IMG/VR virus record: IMGVR_UViG_3300032322_002561
Span: 1 to 64,000 of that record
DNA length: 64,000 bases
Direction: 5' to 3' (one strand)
Shown piece by piece: positions 49,919-58,589 of the stretch. Below the pieces are notes generated by a model. That model worked only from the letters and a program-made list of their open reading frames with translations. It was not told where the DNA came from and made no database searches. How positions within the stretch are numbered: position 1 is the first letter of the stretch; every line of letters begins with the position of its first letter. The position numbers and the translations under genes were made by a program.

Positions 49919-51161
49919 CAGTGCAGACCTAGTCAAGCCGGTAGAGCTGACTGAACGTGAAGAATTTTTACTAAAAGATAGTAAAACATTCTGCATCTAT
50001 CCTTGGATACACTTGCATGCCTATCCCACAGGTGAAGCCTATCCTTGTTGCCATGCTGAAATGAAACCCGGGGTTGTAGGAAACTGTCGCGAAAAAACCC
50101 TGGCAGAGATATGGGTTGACGAACCCATGCAACGACTACGCAAAGACATGCTGACAGAAACACCCAACCCGGCATGCACAAGATGTTATGAACAAGAACA
50201 AGCCGGATTCTTCAGTGGCAGAAAAAGTGCCAACAAGCATCACGGACACCATATCAAGAAGTTGGAATCAAATCCATTTGAGATGACCTACTGGGACATA
50301 CGATTCAGTAACTTGTGCAATCTCAGTTGTCGTAGTTGCGGGCATATTTTCAGTAGTAGTTGGTACCAAGATCAAGCTGTGCTGGCTGGCCCTGAATGGA
50401 AGAGCAACAATAAGCCTTTGAACTATGCTGGACGTACCGAAACCGACATCTGGGAACAATTGATTCCGCATCTTGATCATGTGGAACAGATTTACTTTGC
50501 CGGTGGCGAACCGCTCATGATGGAAGAGCATTACAACATTCTTGAGGAACTAGAACGCCGTGGCAGGTTTGATGTGCGTTTGATTTACAACACCAACTTC
50601 ACACACGTCAAGCTCAAAGATCGCTGGGTGTTTGATTATTGGAAAAAGTTTAAATCAGTGGCAGTGGGTGCCAGCTTGGATGCCATGGGTCTGCGTGCCG
50701 AATACATTAGGAAAGGCACAGTATGGAAGACGGTTGAAAACAATCGACGCCAGATGCTGTTGGAATGTCCACATGTGGACTTTTATATCAGCCCCACCCT
50801 CAGTATATTAAATGCCTGGCACCTGCCCGATTTCCATCGTGACTGGAGCGAAAAAGGTCTGATCAGACCACAGGATCTCAACGTGAACATACTGCAAGAC
50901 CCGGCCTACTATCGCATAGATATCGCACCTACGGAATACAAACAGAAGTTGCGTAAAAAGTTTGAAGAACATCTGGCATGGTTACAATCACAAGACATGT
51001 TGAATCGTGCCAGCGTGGGATTTGAAAGTGCCATAAACTTCTTGATGAACACTGACAACACTGCACTGATACCCAAGTTTTGGGACAAGACCAATCAACT
51101 TGATAGCATACGCAATGAAAATCTATTGCGAGTCATTCCTGAACTTGAGGCTCTTAAATGA
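49902..51161 (+). CDS. Radical SAM protein with N-terminal twitch/SPASM-like domain (subtype B)
   Basis: CIYPW...PCC...CTRC; CNLSCRSC; AGGEP; YNTN. Confidence 0.9.
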   Translation: MTYQYNSADLVKPVELTEREEFLLKDSKTFCIYPWIHLHAYPTGEAYPCCHAEMKPGVVGNCREKTLAEIWVDEPMQRLRKDMLTETPNPACTRCYEQEQAGFFSGRKSANKHHGHHIKKLESNPFEMTYWDIRFSNLCNLSCRSCGHIFSSSWYQDQAVLAGPEWKSNNKPLNYAGRTETDIWEQLIPHLDHVEQIYFAGGEPLMMEEHYNILEELERRGRFDVRLIYNTNFTHVKLKDRWVFDYWKKFKSVAVGASLDAMGLRAEYIRKGTVWKTVENNRRQMLLECPHVDFYISPTLSILNAWHLPDFHRDWSEKGLIRPQDLNVNILQDPAYYRIDIAPTEYKQKLRKKFEEHLAWLQSQDMLNRASVGFESAINFLMNTDNTALIPKFWDKTNQLDSIRNENLLRVIPELEALK

Positions 51162-52378
51162 ACTTGCCACACGATCAATTTTGTGTATTACCTTGGATCA
51201 GCTTAGAAGCCAGTCCCATTGGCACTGTGAGACCTTGTTGTTTAGCTGACGACGAAATTGTAGATGAACAAGGCGAAAAATTCAATTTGTCTTCAGCCAA
51301 CTTTGGAAGCATACAATCTAGTCGTCACATGACACAGCTCAGACAAGATTTCTTGTCGGGTAAAAAACCACAAACTTGTAGAAAGTGTTGGAACGAAGAA
51401 CGTGCTGGTCGTACCAGCAAACGCATGCACACTCTTGACAGACTCAAACATATTTTGCCCGATCAGGAGTGGACGCAGGATGCCAAACCCTTGATGTTCT
51501 TGGATCTCAAATTGGGCAATATCTGTAATTTGAAATGTAGAATTTGTGGCTCCTGGAGCTCCAGTCAATTTGCCACAGAAGAATTGGCTGACATGCCTTT
51601 GGAAACCGACAAAAAAACTACCTTTCCCTATCAAATGTTGCGTGCGGGATCATGGCCCAGAGACAACAAACAATTTTGGCAACAAATTGACCAGCACCTA
51701 CACGATATTAGGTACATTGAATTCACTGGTGGTGAACCATTCATGATTCAAGAACACTTTGACATGTTGCAAGGCATAGTAGATCGCGGCATTGCGCATC
51801 AAGTGGAAATACACTACAACACCAATGGCACTCAATGGCCCGAACAGGCCGAACAAATATGGCAACATTTTCGCACAGTGGAAATTGCATTCAGCATCGA
51901 TGACATTGGTGAAAGATTTGAATATCAACGTAGCAACGCTGTCTGGACTGAAGTATGTGCGAATCTTGAAAAATTCAACAAGTTAAAACAGCGACATTCA
52001 AATATTGTGCTACAAATTTGTACCACAGTGAATGTTTTCAACATACGGTATCTTGATCAAGTGGCTGCTTGGATTGACTCTCATAAAGAAAATTTTAACT
52101 TTGTGTACTGGAATATCATGCATGATGCCTGGTATTTCAGTATTTCTACCTTGCCAGACACAGTGAAAAAATCCTTGACAGAATACTTGACGTCTGTTGC
52201 GATACCAGAACAGTACAAATCAGAAATTCAAGGCATAATTGAATTTATGAATCGTGGTGCTTCCACAGATGGATTCATGTTAAAATTAAAAATAAAAGAT
52301 CTAGATCGCAAGCGCGGTCAAAATCTTGCTCTAGTAGAGCCAGAGTTTGCTCAATTGATTGACTATGCCGGCCCCTAA
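51158..52378 (+). CDS. Radical SAM protein with N-terminal twitch/SPASM-like domain (subtype B)
   Basis: CVLPW...PCC...CRKC; CNLKCRIC; TGGEP; YNTN. Confidence 0.9.
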   Translation: MNLPHDQFCVLPWISLEASPIGTVRPCCLADDEIVDEQGEKFNLSSANFGSIQSSRHMTQLRQDFLSGKKPQTCRKCWNEERAGRTSKRMHTLDRLKHILPDQEWTQDAKPLMFLDLKLGNICNLKCRICGSWSSSQFATEELADMPLETDKKTTFPYQMLRAGSWPRDNKQFWQQIDQHLHDIRYIEFTGGEPFMIQEHFDMLQGIVDRGIAHQVEIHYNTNGTQWPEQAEQIWQHFRTVEIAFSIDDIGERFEYQRSNAVWTEVCANLEKFNKLKQRHSNIVLQICTTVNVFNIRYLDQVAAWIDSHKENFNFVYWNIMHDAWYFSISTLPDTVKKSLTEYLTSVAIPEQYKSEIQGIIEFMNRGASTDGFMLKLKIKDLDRKRGQNLALVEPEFAQLIDYAGP

Positions 52379-53672
52379 GCAAAGACCTGAAACCCTGTGC
52401 ATGGCTCCGTGGACGCATACCTATCTTAGTCCACAGACCGAACGGCGCATGTGTTGTGCCAGCCGAGAACCTGCGCAAAACTTTGAGCAGTACATAGACA
52501 CGTCCTCAGGCACAGGCGAATATAGTCCCGTGGCTCTTGATGAACACTGGAATAGTGAACACATGAGAAGTGTGCGACTGCGTATGATGCGTGGGGAAAC
52601 CCTGCCCGAATGTGAAGTATGCAACAACAAGTTATTGAACACTGATGTATATCGAGACTATTTCAATAGACTGTTCGAGCACAAGTATGAGGAATGCATG
52701 CGTGCTACGGATCGCTATGGATTTACCAAGGTGCGCCCTGTGAGCTGGGATTATAGATTCAGTAACCTATGTAATTTTAAATGCAGAATGTGTGGAGACA
52801 TGTTGAGCTCTAGCTGGGAAACTGAACAGCGTCAACATGACATGATTGACTGGTCAGATAAAAAAAATACCTGGATGCGTCCTGAGGTTCGTGAACGTAT
52901 TTCACTCTATCAAGACACGCAAATTGAACATGAATTTGCACTGGCTGTGGAACAACATCGAGTAGAAGAAGTGTATTGGGTCGGTGGTGAGCCACTCATG
53001 TATGAACAGCACTGGCGTTATATGCGTCGTATCATCGAACTAGGCGATGGTCCTCGAGTGTATGCCAGATACAACACAAATCTCAGCAGGATAGACTACA
53101 AAGGAACAAATCTTTACACAGACATTTTGGCACACATACGTGATTGGCAGATATGTGCCAGTCTGGATGGGACTGGAGCCACCGGTGAATACATTAGAAC
53201 AGGCTTAAACTCTGAATCCTGGTTGGCAAATTTTGTGCAAGGTCGTCGGCTGGCCTCTCATCGCAGGCAAATGCGTATAGACTTTACTTTGACTTTGCCA
53301 GGACTTTTCCAAGTCGAGAACATAAACAGTCTTGCACAAAGTCTAGATGTAGATGTTCTAGCCAAGGTTGTTTTCAGTTTTACACCAGACATTATCATGA
53401 GTCCTTTGGCCTTGCCTAGACAGTTATTAGACGATACAGTAGACCGTTTGGCGGATCGTATACCAGCCGGTGCCTTGAAGGATGTGTTGTTACAGCTCAA
53501 ACAGCGACCTACATTTGCGGAACAATGGCCCACTGAGTGGCAGGCTGGACTTGCAAAAGGCAAGCGTCGTGTGTTAAAATTAGAACAAATACGTGGTGAT
53601 ACCTATACCATGGCAGATATACTCAGACCCAATCAGGAAATATATGACTGGTACCAAGCAATCGCTACTTGA
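52365..53672 (+). CDS. Radical SAM protein with N-terminal twitch/SPASM-like domain (subtype B)
   Basis: CMAPW...MCC...CEVC; CNFKCRMC; VGGEP; YNTN. Confidence 0.9.
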   Translation: MPAPKQRPETLCMAPWTHTYLSPQTERRMCCASREPAQNFEQYIDTSSGTGEYSPVALDEHWNSEHMRSVRLRMMRGETLPECEVCNNKLLNTDVYRDYFNRLFEHKYEECMRATDRYGFTKVRPVSWDYRFSNLCNFKCRMCGDMLSSSWETEQRQHDMIDWSDKKNTWMRPEVRERISLYQDTQIEHEFALAVEQHRVEEVYWVGGEPLMYEQHWRYMRRIIELGDGPRVYARYNTNLSRIDYKGTNLYTDILAHIRDWQICASLDGTGATGEYIRTGLNSESWLANFVQGRRLASHRRQMRIDFTLTLPGLFQVENINSLAQSLDVDVLAKVVFSFTPDIIMSPLALPRQLLDDTVDRLADRIPAGALKDVLLQLKQRPTFAEQWPTEWQAGLAKGKRRVLKLEQIRGDTYTMADILRPNQEIYDWYQAIAT

Positions 53673-54699
53673 TGTTGTAGAAATAGATCTAGGTACCGCA
53701 GAAGATCGTTTGCGTGTGTATGCCAACATCTATGACAACAGTCTCAGTCGCAAATGGCTAGCGGCCTTGAATGATTTGCTGATCAATCAATACCACCTGG
53801 AAAAGAACTACTGTTTTTTTGGATTTGCCGATGGTCCCAGGAACGGACCTTATCTGTTAGAACAAATCAATAACAGTATACAAGCTATTAACAAGTCCGG
53901 TATAGGCTATCACATTGACGATTATTTTGATATGGCCAACAGTGTGGATGAGTCAGACGATGTTGATCACAATCATTTCAATCAACTACACAGATACTTT
54001 GAAGACTTGCAAGGCGGCAGTGGCCACATCAGTGATTACTACTGGCAAGCTGACAACGCCACACGTTGGCATATTAGACAACTGAACTTGTTGTGCCATG
54101 AATTTGAAAGTTGGCAACTGAGCTGGCGGAAAAAACACACGGCACCGATGTGGCAACGACCCAGCCAACTCATGTGCTGGCTGAGTGCGCCACGTTTTGT
54201 TTTAGATGAAGCGGATTACGAACTGTTTGGCATAGAAACAATAAATCGTAGCCTGGGCGGAGTATATGTAGGCGTCAACAAAGCAGTTGGCAAACATCAC
54301 TGGGAAGTGTTTCAGGATGAAGGCCGCGACAGCAGGATAGGCGAGCTGACTACTACCAGCCTTAAAGCTCAAACTGAAGCCGCTGGAGACTTTGACATAG
54401 AGTGGGCCAACAATCCAGGCACATTTCCTTGGCAGATAAAACAACTAAAAGAGTTTCGCGAATGGCTAACGGTCAATGGCTTTGATCCCGAAGATCGTAG
54501 CTTGACCATTGGACATCCGCAGGTGGGACAAGTGGATTTAATCCGCAGTTTTGGCTCGGAAGATTATCAAGAGATTTGGGCGCAGTTAAATACTCATTTA
54601 AATGTGCATGCTATTCGCACCAGCACTGCACGTGCCACTTATGAATATTTGTGGTCTGACCCAGACTACATGCAACAACAACTGAGGAACATGAAATGA
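53644..54699 (+). CDS. Hypothetical protein (His/Glu-rich, LHRYFE and LCHEFE motifs)
   Basis: About 351-aa ORF coupled on both sides; start uncertain. Confidence 0.7.
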   Translation: MTGTKQSLLDVVEIDLGTAEDRLRVYANIYDNSLSRKWLAALNDLLINQYHLEKNYCFFGFADGPRNGPYLLEQINNSIQAINKSGIGYHIDDYFDMANSVDESDDVDHNHFNQLHRYFEDLQGGSGHISDYYWQADNATRWHIRQLNLLCHEFESWQLSWRKKHTAPMWQRPSQLMCWLSAPRFVLDEADYELFGIETINRSLGGVYVGVNKAVGKHHWEVFQDEGRDSRIGELTTTSLKAQTEAAGDFDIEWANNPGTFPWQIKQLKEFREWLTVNGFDPEDRSLTIGHPQVGQVDLIRSFGSEDYQEIWAQLNTHLNVHAIRTSTARATYEYLWSDPDYMQQQLRNMK

Positions 54700-54797
54700 A
54701 ATGGATTCGTAATCTCATCGAACGTATACGTCTTGAAATACGCTATAGAAAAAAACTAAAAGAACTACGCAAACGCGATCCGTTCATTTATAAATGA
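54696..54797 (+). CDS. Small basic 33-aa protein ending DPFIYK (not in ORF track)
   Basis: MKWIRNLIERIRLEIRYRKKLKELRKRDPFIYK*; ATGA overlaps at both ends. Confidence 0.65.
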   Translation: MKWIRNLIERIRLEIRYRKKLKELRKRDPFIYK

Positions 54798-54952
54798 TCA
54801 CTCCTTGTGTAAACATCTGTATCATGACCAATGGCGTGTGCGAAGGGTGTGGTCGCACCATTGATGAAATTGCAGAGTGGACCTTGTATACCGATCAAGA
54901 GCGGCTGACAATCATGCAAAGACTAGGACATGAGCAACATACTGGGAATTAG
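54794..54952 (+). CDS. DUF1289-like small Fe-S protein (not in ORF track)
   Basis: MITPCVNICIMTNGVCEGCGRTIDEIAEW...ER: the PC...C...C.GC.RT.DEI..W pattern. Confidence 0.85.
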   Translation: MITPCVNICIMTNGVCEGCGRTIDEIAEWTLYTDQERLTIMQRLGHEQHTGN

Positions 54953-56384
54953 TGCTGGATTTCATGATGCTGCTGTTACAGTAATTGATCGCCATGGCGA
55001 CATACTGTTTGCTGCACACAGTGAGCGTTTTAGCAAGAAAAAAAATGATGCCAATCTGCATCCTAATCTCATGATGGACGCTATGCATTACGGTGATATC
55101 AATCACATTGCGTACTATGAACGTCCCTGGCTAAAACAATTACGTAGACTACGAAGTGGCGAAGGCATACAGTGGGATCAACTCACTGTCAAACAAATAT
55201 TAACAAAACAACTGGGGTCAGCTGTGTGGCCTCAAATAAGCACTCACAATCATCACCTGTGCCATGCGGCTGCAGGTTTTCAAACCAGCCCATATGATCG
55301 TGCCACATGTGTGGTCATAGATGCCATTGGCGAATTTGACACAGTTTCAATCTGGGGAGCAGAATATGATAGTAAAAATCAAGCAAAGTATAAGAAACTT
55401 TGGAGCCAGAGTTACCCGAGGAGCATCGGGCTCTTTTATAGTGCAATTACTCAGCGAGTTGGCCTACACCCGCTAGATGAGGAATACATCACCATGGGCA
55501 TGTCCGCTTGGGGTCAGCCACGATATGTAGCGGAATGTCGCGCCCTGTTGGCGGATAACCTGCACATAGGCATAGACCCCAACTGGTTGCCTGACGCAGT
55601 CAATGAAGACATAGCTGCATCAGCACAGATTTTAACAGAAGAATTGATATATACGATTATACGTCGTGCTAAGGATTTTGATTGGAGCACCAATCTGGTG
55701 TACCAAGGCGGCGTGGCTTTGAACTGTCTTGCTAATAGAAAACTCGGTGAATATTTTGAAAACATTTGGATCATGCCTGCTCCTGGCGATAGTGGCAATA
55801 GTCTTGGCGCTGCCGCATTGGCCCACGGAAAACGTTTACGCTGGAGGCATGCGTTTCTTGGCCACGAAATCCCAGGAGAATATCCTGTTGGCGCCGTCGT
55901 TGATCATCTACTATCAAATCAGATCGCTGGAGTTGCTAGTGGACGAGCCGAGTTTGGACCTCGAGCCCTGGGAAACCGAAGCCTCCTCGCCGACCCCCGA
56001 GGAATACATATAAAGGATCAAGTCAATGCGATCAAACGCCGCCAAAAGTTTAGACCATTTGCGCCAGTTATCCTCTCAGAGCATGTGGATGAATTTTTTG
56101 ATATGCCCCGGGGTTGGAGTAGCAGTCCTTATATGCAGTCAATCGCAACTTGTCGCCGTCCTGACTTATTTCCTGCTATCTGTCATGTGGACAACACTAG
56201 CCGAGTACAGACTGTTGCGGCTGACGGCTCAGGCATTAGACGTCTCTTAGAGGCCTGGTATGCACGCACAGGCTGTCCCATGTTGCTGAACACCAGCTTG
56301 AACATACGCGGTGAACCCATGGTCAATGATCGTCGAGATGCAGATAGATTCGAACAACTATACGGTGTGAAAGTTTTTAGTTAA
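54930..56384 (+). CDS. O-carbamoyltransferase (NodU/CmcH/TobZ family)
   Basis: GFHDAA, ERFS, HHLCHAA, DAIGE, GGVALNC, EFGPRALGNRS, FRPFAP, RVQTV, LLNTSLN. Confidence 0.95.
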   Translation: MSNILGISAGFHDAAVTVIDRHGDILFAAHSERFSKKKNDANLHPNLMMDAMHYGDINHIAYYERPWLKQLRRLRSGEGIQWDQLTVKQILTKQLGSAVWPQISTHNHHLCHAAAGFQTSPYDRATCVVIDAIGEFDTVSIWGAEYDSKNQAKYKKLWSQSYPRSIGLFYSAITQRVGLHPLDEEYITMGMSAWGQPRYVAECRALLADNLHIGIDPNWLPDAVNEDIAASAQILTEELIYTIIRRAKDFDWSTNLVYQGGVALNCLANRKLGEYFENIWIMPAPGDSGNSLGAAALAHGKRLRWRHAFLGHEIPGEYPVGAVVDHLLSNQIAGVASGRAEFGPRALGNRSLLADPRGIHIKDQVNAIKRRQKFRPFAPVILSEHVDEFFDMPRGWSSSPYMQSIATCRRPDLFPAICHVDNTSRVQTVAADGSGIRRLLEAWYARTGCPMLLNTSLNIRGEPMVNDRRDADRFEQLYGVKVFS

Positions 56385-57406
56385 AGATAAGTTTCAAGAC
56401 CGCCACGTCTGCGTAAATCCTGAGTGCAACAACTTATGCCACCATCCCAAAAATAACTGTGACGCAGTTCTGAAATAATAGGGTTGATTCGGTGACGTTT
56501 GCAGTAATCAAATACTTCGCGATTGTAGGCACTGAATATCACATTTTCTTCATCTAGCACAAGACAGTTGACATCAAACACCGTTTCAGCCACAAAGCCA
56601 GTCCACTTGTTCAAATAGGTGTCTACAAATTGAGTGAACTCAGGTGTGGGAGTTTGTCCTTGCACATACCAGGCCCCAGGATTTGATTCGTATTTGAACT
56701 TGCCTACCTCCATGGCGGCCCAAATTGAACTATCCCAGATTTTACATATATCCCAGCCAGGAAAATCTCTGGCAAGATCAAGATTAACATCGTGCTTGCT
56801 GCTCAACAACACGCCTGGCTTGAGAATAGCAAACACGGCATCGCCGTGACCATCTGTGACAGCTTCGTGTATTCTATACTCTGGCCCCAGCACATTGTCC
56901 ACAATCCAGCGTGTTTGTTCTGGCTTCAAGAAATCACTGTTGTCAAAAAACACATCACGGCCCACACGCACAATACACGAAGCCGACGCACCATTCAAGA
57001 TACAATCTGGATCCCAAGCACTGCGATGTGGGTTAACCACCGATTCTGAAAACTTGGTGCAGACCTTGTCCAGTTCTGGCACTGCCAACACACGCAACAA
57101 ACGATCACCTAGAGTAATTTGCCAATCTCTGGGAGTCAAGGGCGGTAGTGGAGCTCCCCCGCCTTCGGTTTGAAACCACACAAATTCATCTTTGTTAGGC
57201 AGTTCAGGTCTGTGAACCAGGGCACCATACTGTTCAATTGTACGTTGCAGATTGTCAAGATCTTCCTGGGTTTCAGCCAGGATCTGTTGTAGTTGACAGC
57301 GTACCTGAGCATTGTCAATGAAATCAAAGTAATCGGGCGTGTAAGCACGACCCACAATGACTTCTTCAAGTGGTTGCCACGAGGTGTATGAATTAACTTT
57401 GGCCAT
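56381..57406 (-). CDS. Amidinotransferase-family (pentein) protein
   Basis: VNSYTSWQPLEEVIVGR, PRD, RVGRD, GHGDA, C-terminal GGISCCTQD. Confidence 0.85.
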   Translation of the reverse strand: MAKVNSYTSWQPLEEVIVGRAYTPDYFDFIDNAQVRCQLQQILAETQEDLDNLQRTIEQYGALVHRPELPNKDEFVWFQTEGGGAPLPPLTPRDWQITLGDRLLRVLAVPELDKVCTKFSESVVNPHRSAWDPDCILNGASASCIVRVGRDVFFDNSDFLKPEQTRWIVDNVLGPEYRIHEAVTDGHGDAVFAILKPGVLLSSKHDVNLDLARDFPGWDICKIWDSSIWAAMEVGKFKYESNPGAWYVQGQTPTPEFTQFVDTYLNKWTGFVAETVFDVNCLVLDEENVIFSAYNREVFDYCKRHRINPIISELRHSYFWDGGISCCTQDLRRRGGLETYL

Positions 57407-58589
57407 GGATTTTTTGATGCAAGTTATTTAAACGATCTAATTTTGATGTTGCAAATAGTCGTTGATTGTGATCAAGATCCGCCTGGCACTGTTTGTATAG
57501 ACTATCTAGACCCTGACTATGCGCCTGTTTGATAGCTTCGCACAATTTGATCCATCTATGAGTGTGATTGGGTTCTAGATCATATGTGTTATCTAACACA
57601 TCGTCAAACACTCGATATCCTAGATCACGCAATTGTTGTAGACTGCCAGCACCGCCAGCAACAAAAAACAACTGACCATGTTTGATGGGTTTAAATGTTT
57701 TTTCCGTGATAAAAGCACCGCCGCTTTGATCTACATCAAATTGACTTTCTAACACAATGTTGCAATAGCTGTCAACATGGTATTTGAATACGGTAATTCC
57801 ATGATCATTGCGTTGATCCTGCGTGAGATCGTCGCTGAAGTAGGGTGTTTGTGATACAAACTTCTCCAGTGACCAACGCAATTGTGAAATACTGTCAATC
57901 TCCAGCGGGTTGTCGCAGGTGCTGTCTTGATCAGTGGGTTTTTCGCAGTAACTCCAGTAACTGTTTTCCAACAAATTGTTTTTTTTCAAATCAGCCATGA
58001 TTGTGGCTCGCCACCATTTGTGCAGTCTAGACAGCACTGTGAAATCTTTCGAACGTGGTCGTGTGTGTATGGGCAAAGGTGCTTCACGGTTACGAGCATG
58101 ATACCAAAGTTCAAAATCTACAAAATACACAAAATTTTCTAGATTCTCGGCTGCGCTGTTGCTGCTCACAAACACATAACAATTTTTAGGTAGTGCATGT
58201 TGTTGCACCAAGCTGTCAAGTCTTGATTTTATGCGTTGCGGGTTGTCGCCCTCATGATACAAAAATAACACACGCAGTTGATGTTGTTTGAGTCGGTTGC
58301 GCACAGCAGACCCCATGAGTTCAAAATAGTCAATTTCAAAATCAAAAAATCCTATACCAATGGGATAAAAAGTATTTTCTGGCAGTGATGATTGCAGTTC
58401 ATGAATATTGATTTTGGCTCCATGTACTTGACAATATTCTTCCAGGCGCAAGGGAATGGTGTAGGGCCAGTGTTGTCCAAATTCTCTCCAGCTTTGAGTA
58501 TACGGCCGGCCCTGATGTCGAGCTAGAGCTGGATATATTTTGCCCTTGATGGTTCTGTCTGCTACAAAATTAAATTCTAAATTCATCAA
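57393..58589 (-). CDS. GT10-like glycosyltransferase-family protein
   Basis: CNIVLES...FITEKTFKPI...LFFV...LRDLGYRVF...DNTYD. Confidence 0.6.
   Translation of the reverse strand: MMNLEFNFVADRTIKGKIYPALARHQGRPYTQSWREFGQHWPYTIPLRLEEYCQVHGAKINIHELQSSLPENTFYPIGIGFFDFEIDYFELMGSAVRNRLKQHQLRVLFLYHEGDNPQRIKSRLDSLVQQHALPKNCYVFVSSNSAAENLENFVYFVDFELWYHARNREAPLPIHTRPRSKDFTVLSRLHKWWRATIMADLKKNNLLENSYWSYCEKPTDQDSTCDNPLEIDSISQLRWSLEKFVSQTPYFSDDLTQDQRNDHGITVFKYHVDSYCNIVLESQFDVDQSGGAFITEKTFKPIKHGQLFFVAGGAGSLQQLRDLGYRVFDDVLDNTYDLEPNHTHRWIKLCEAIKQAHSQGLDSLYKQCQADLDHNQRLFATSKLDRLNNLHQKIHGQS

Noticed and set aside
54789-54796. TATAAATG as a late promoter
   Set aside because: Explained by the coding end (Tyr-Lys-stop) and the ATGA overlap; mismatched to consensus
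54930-57406. Saxitoxin-like toxin cluster (carbamoyltransferase plus amidinotransferase, as SxtI and SxtG)
   Set aside because: No SxtA-like PKS/AONS or other core sxt genes in the window; the surrounding sugar enzymes favour a glycan or nucleotide product
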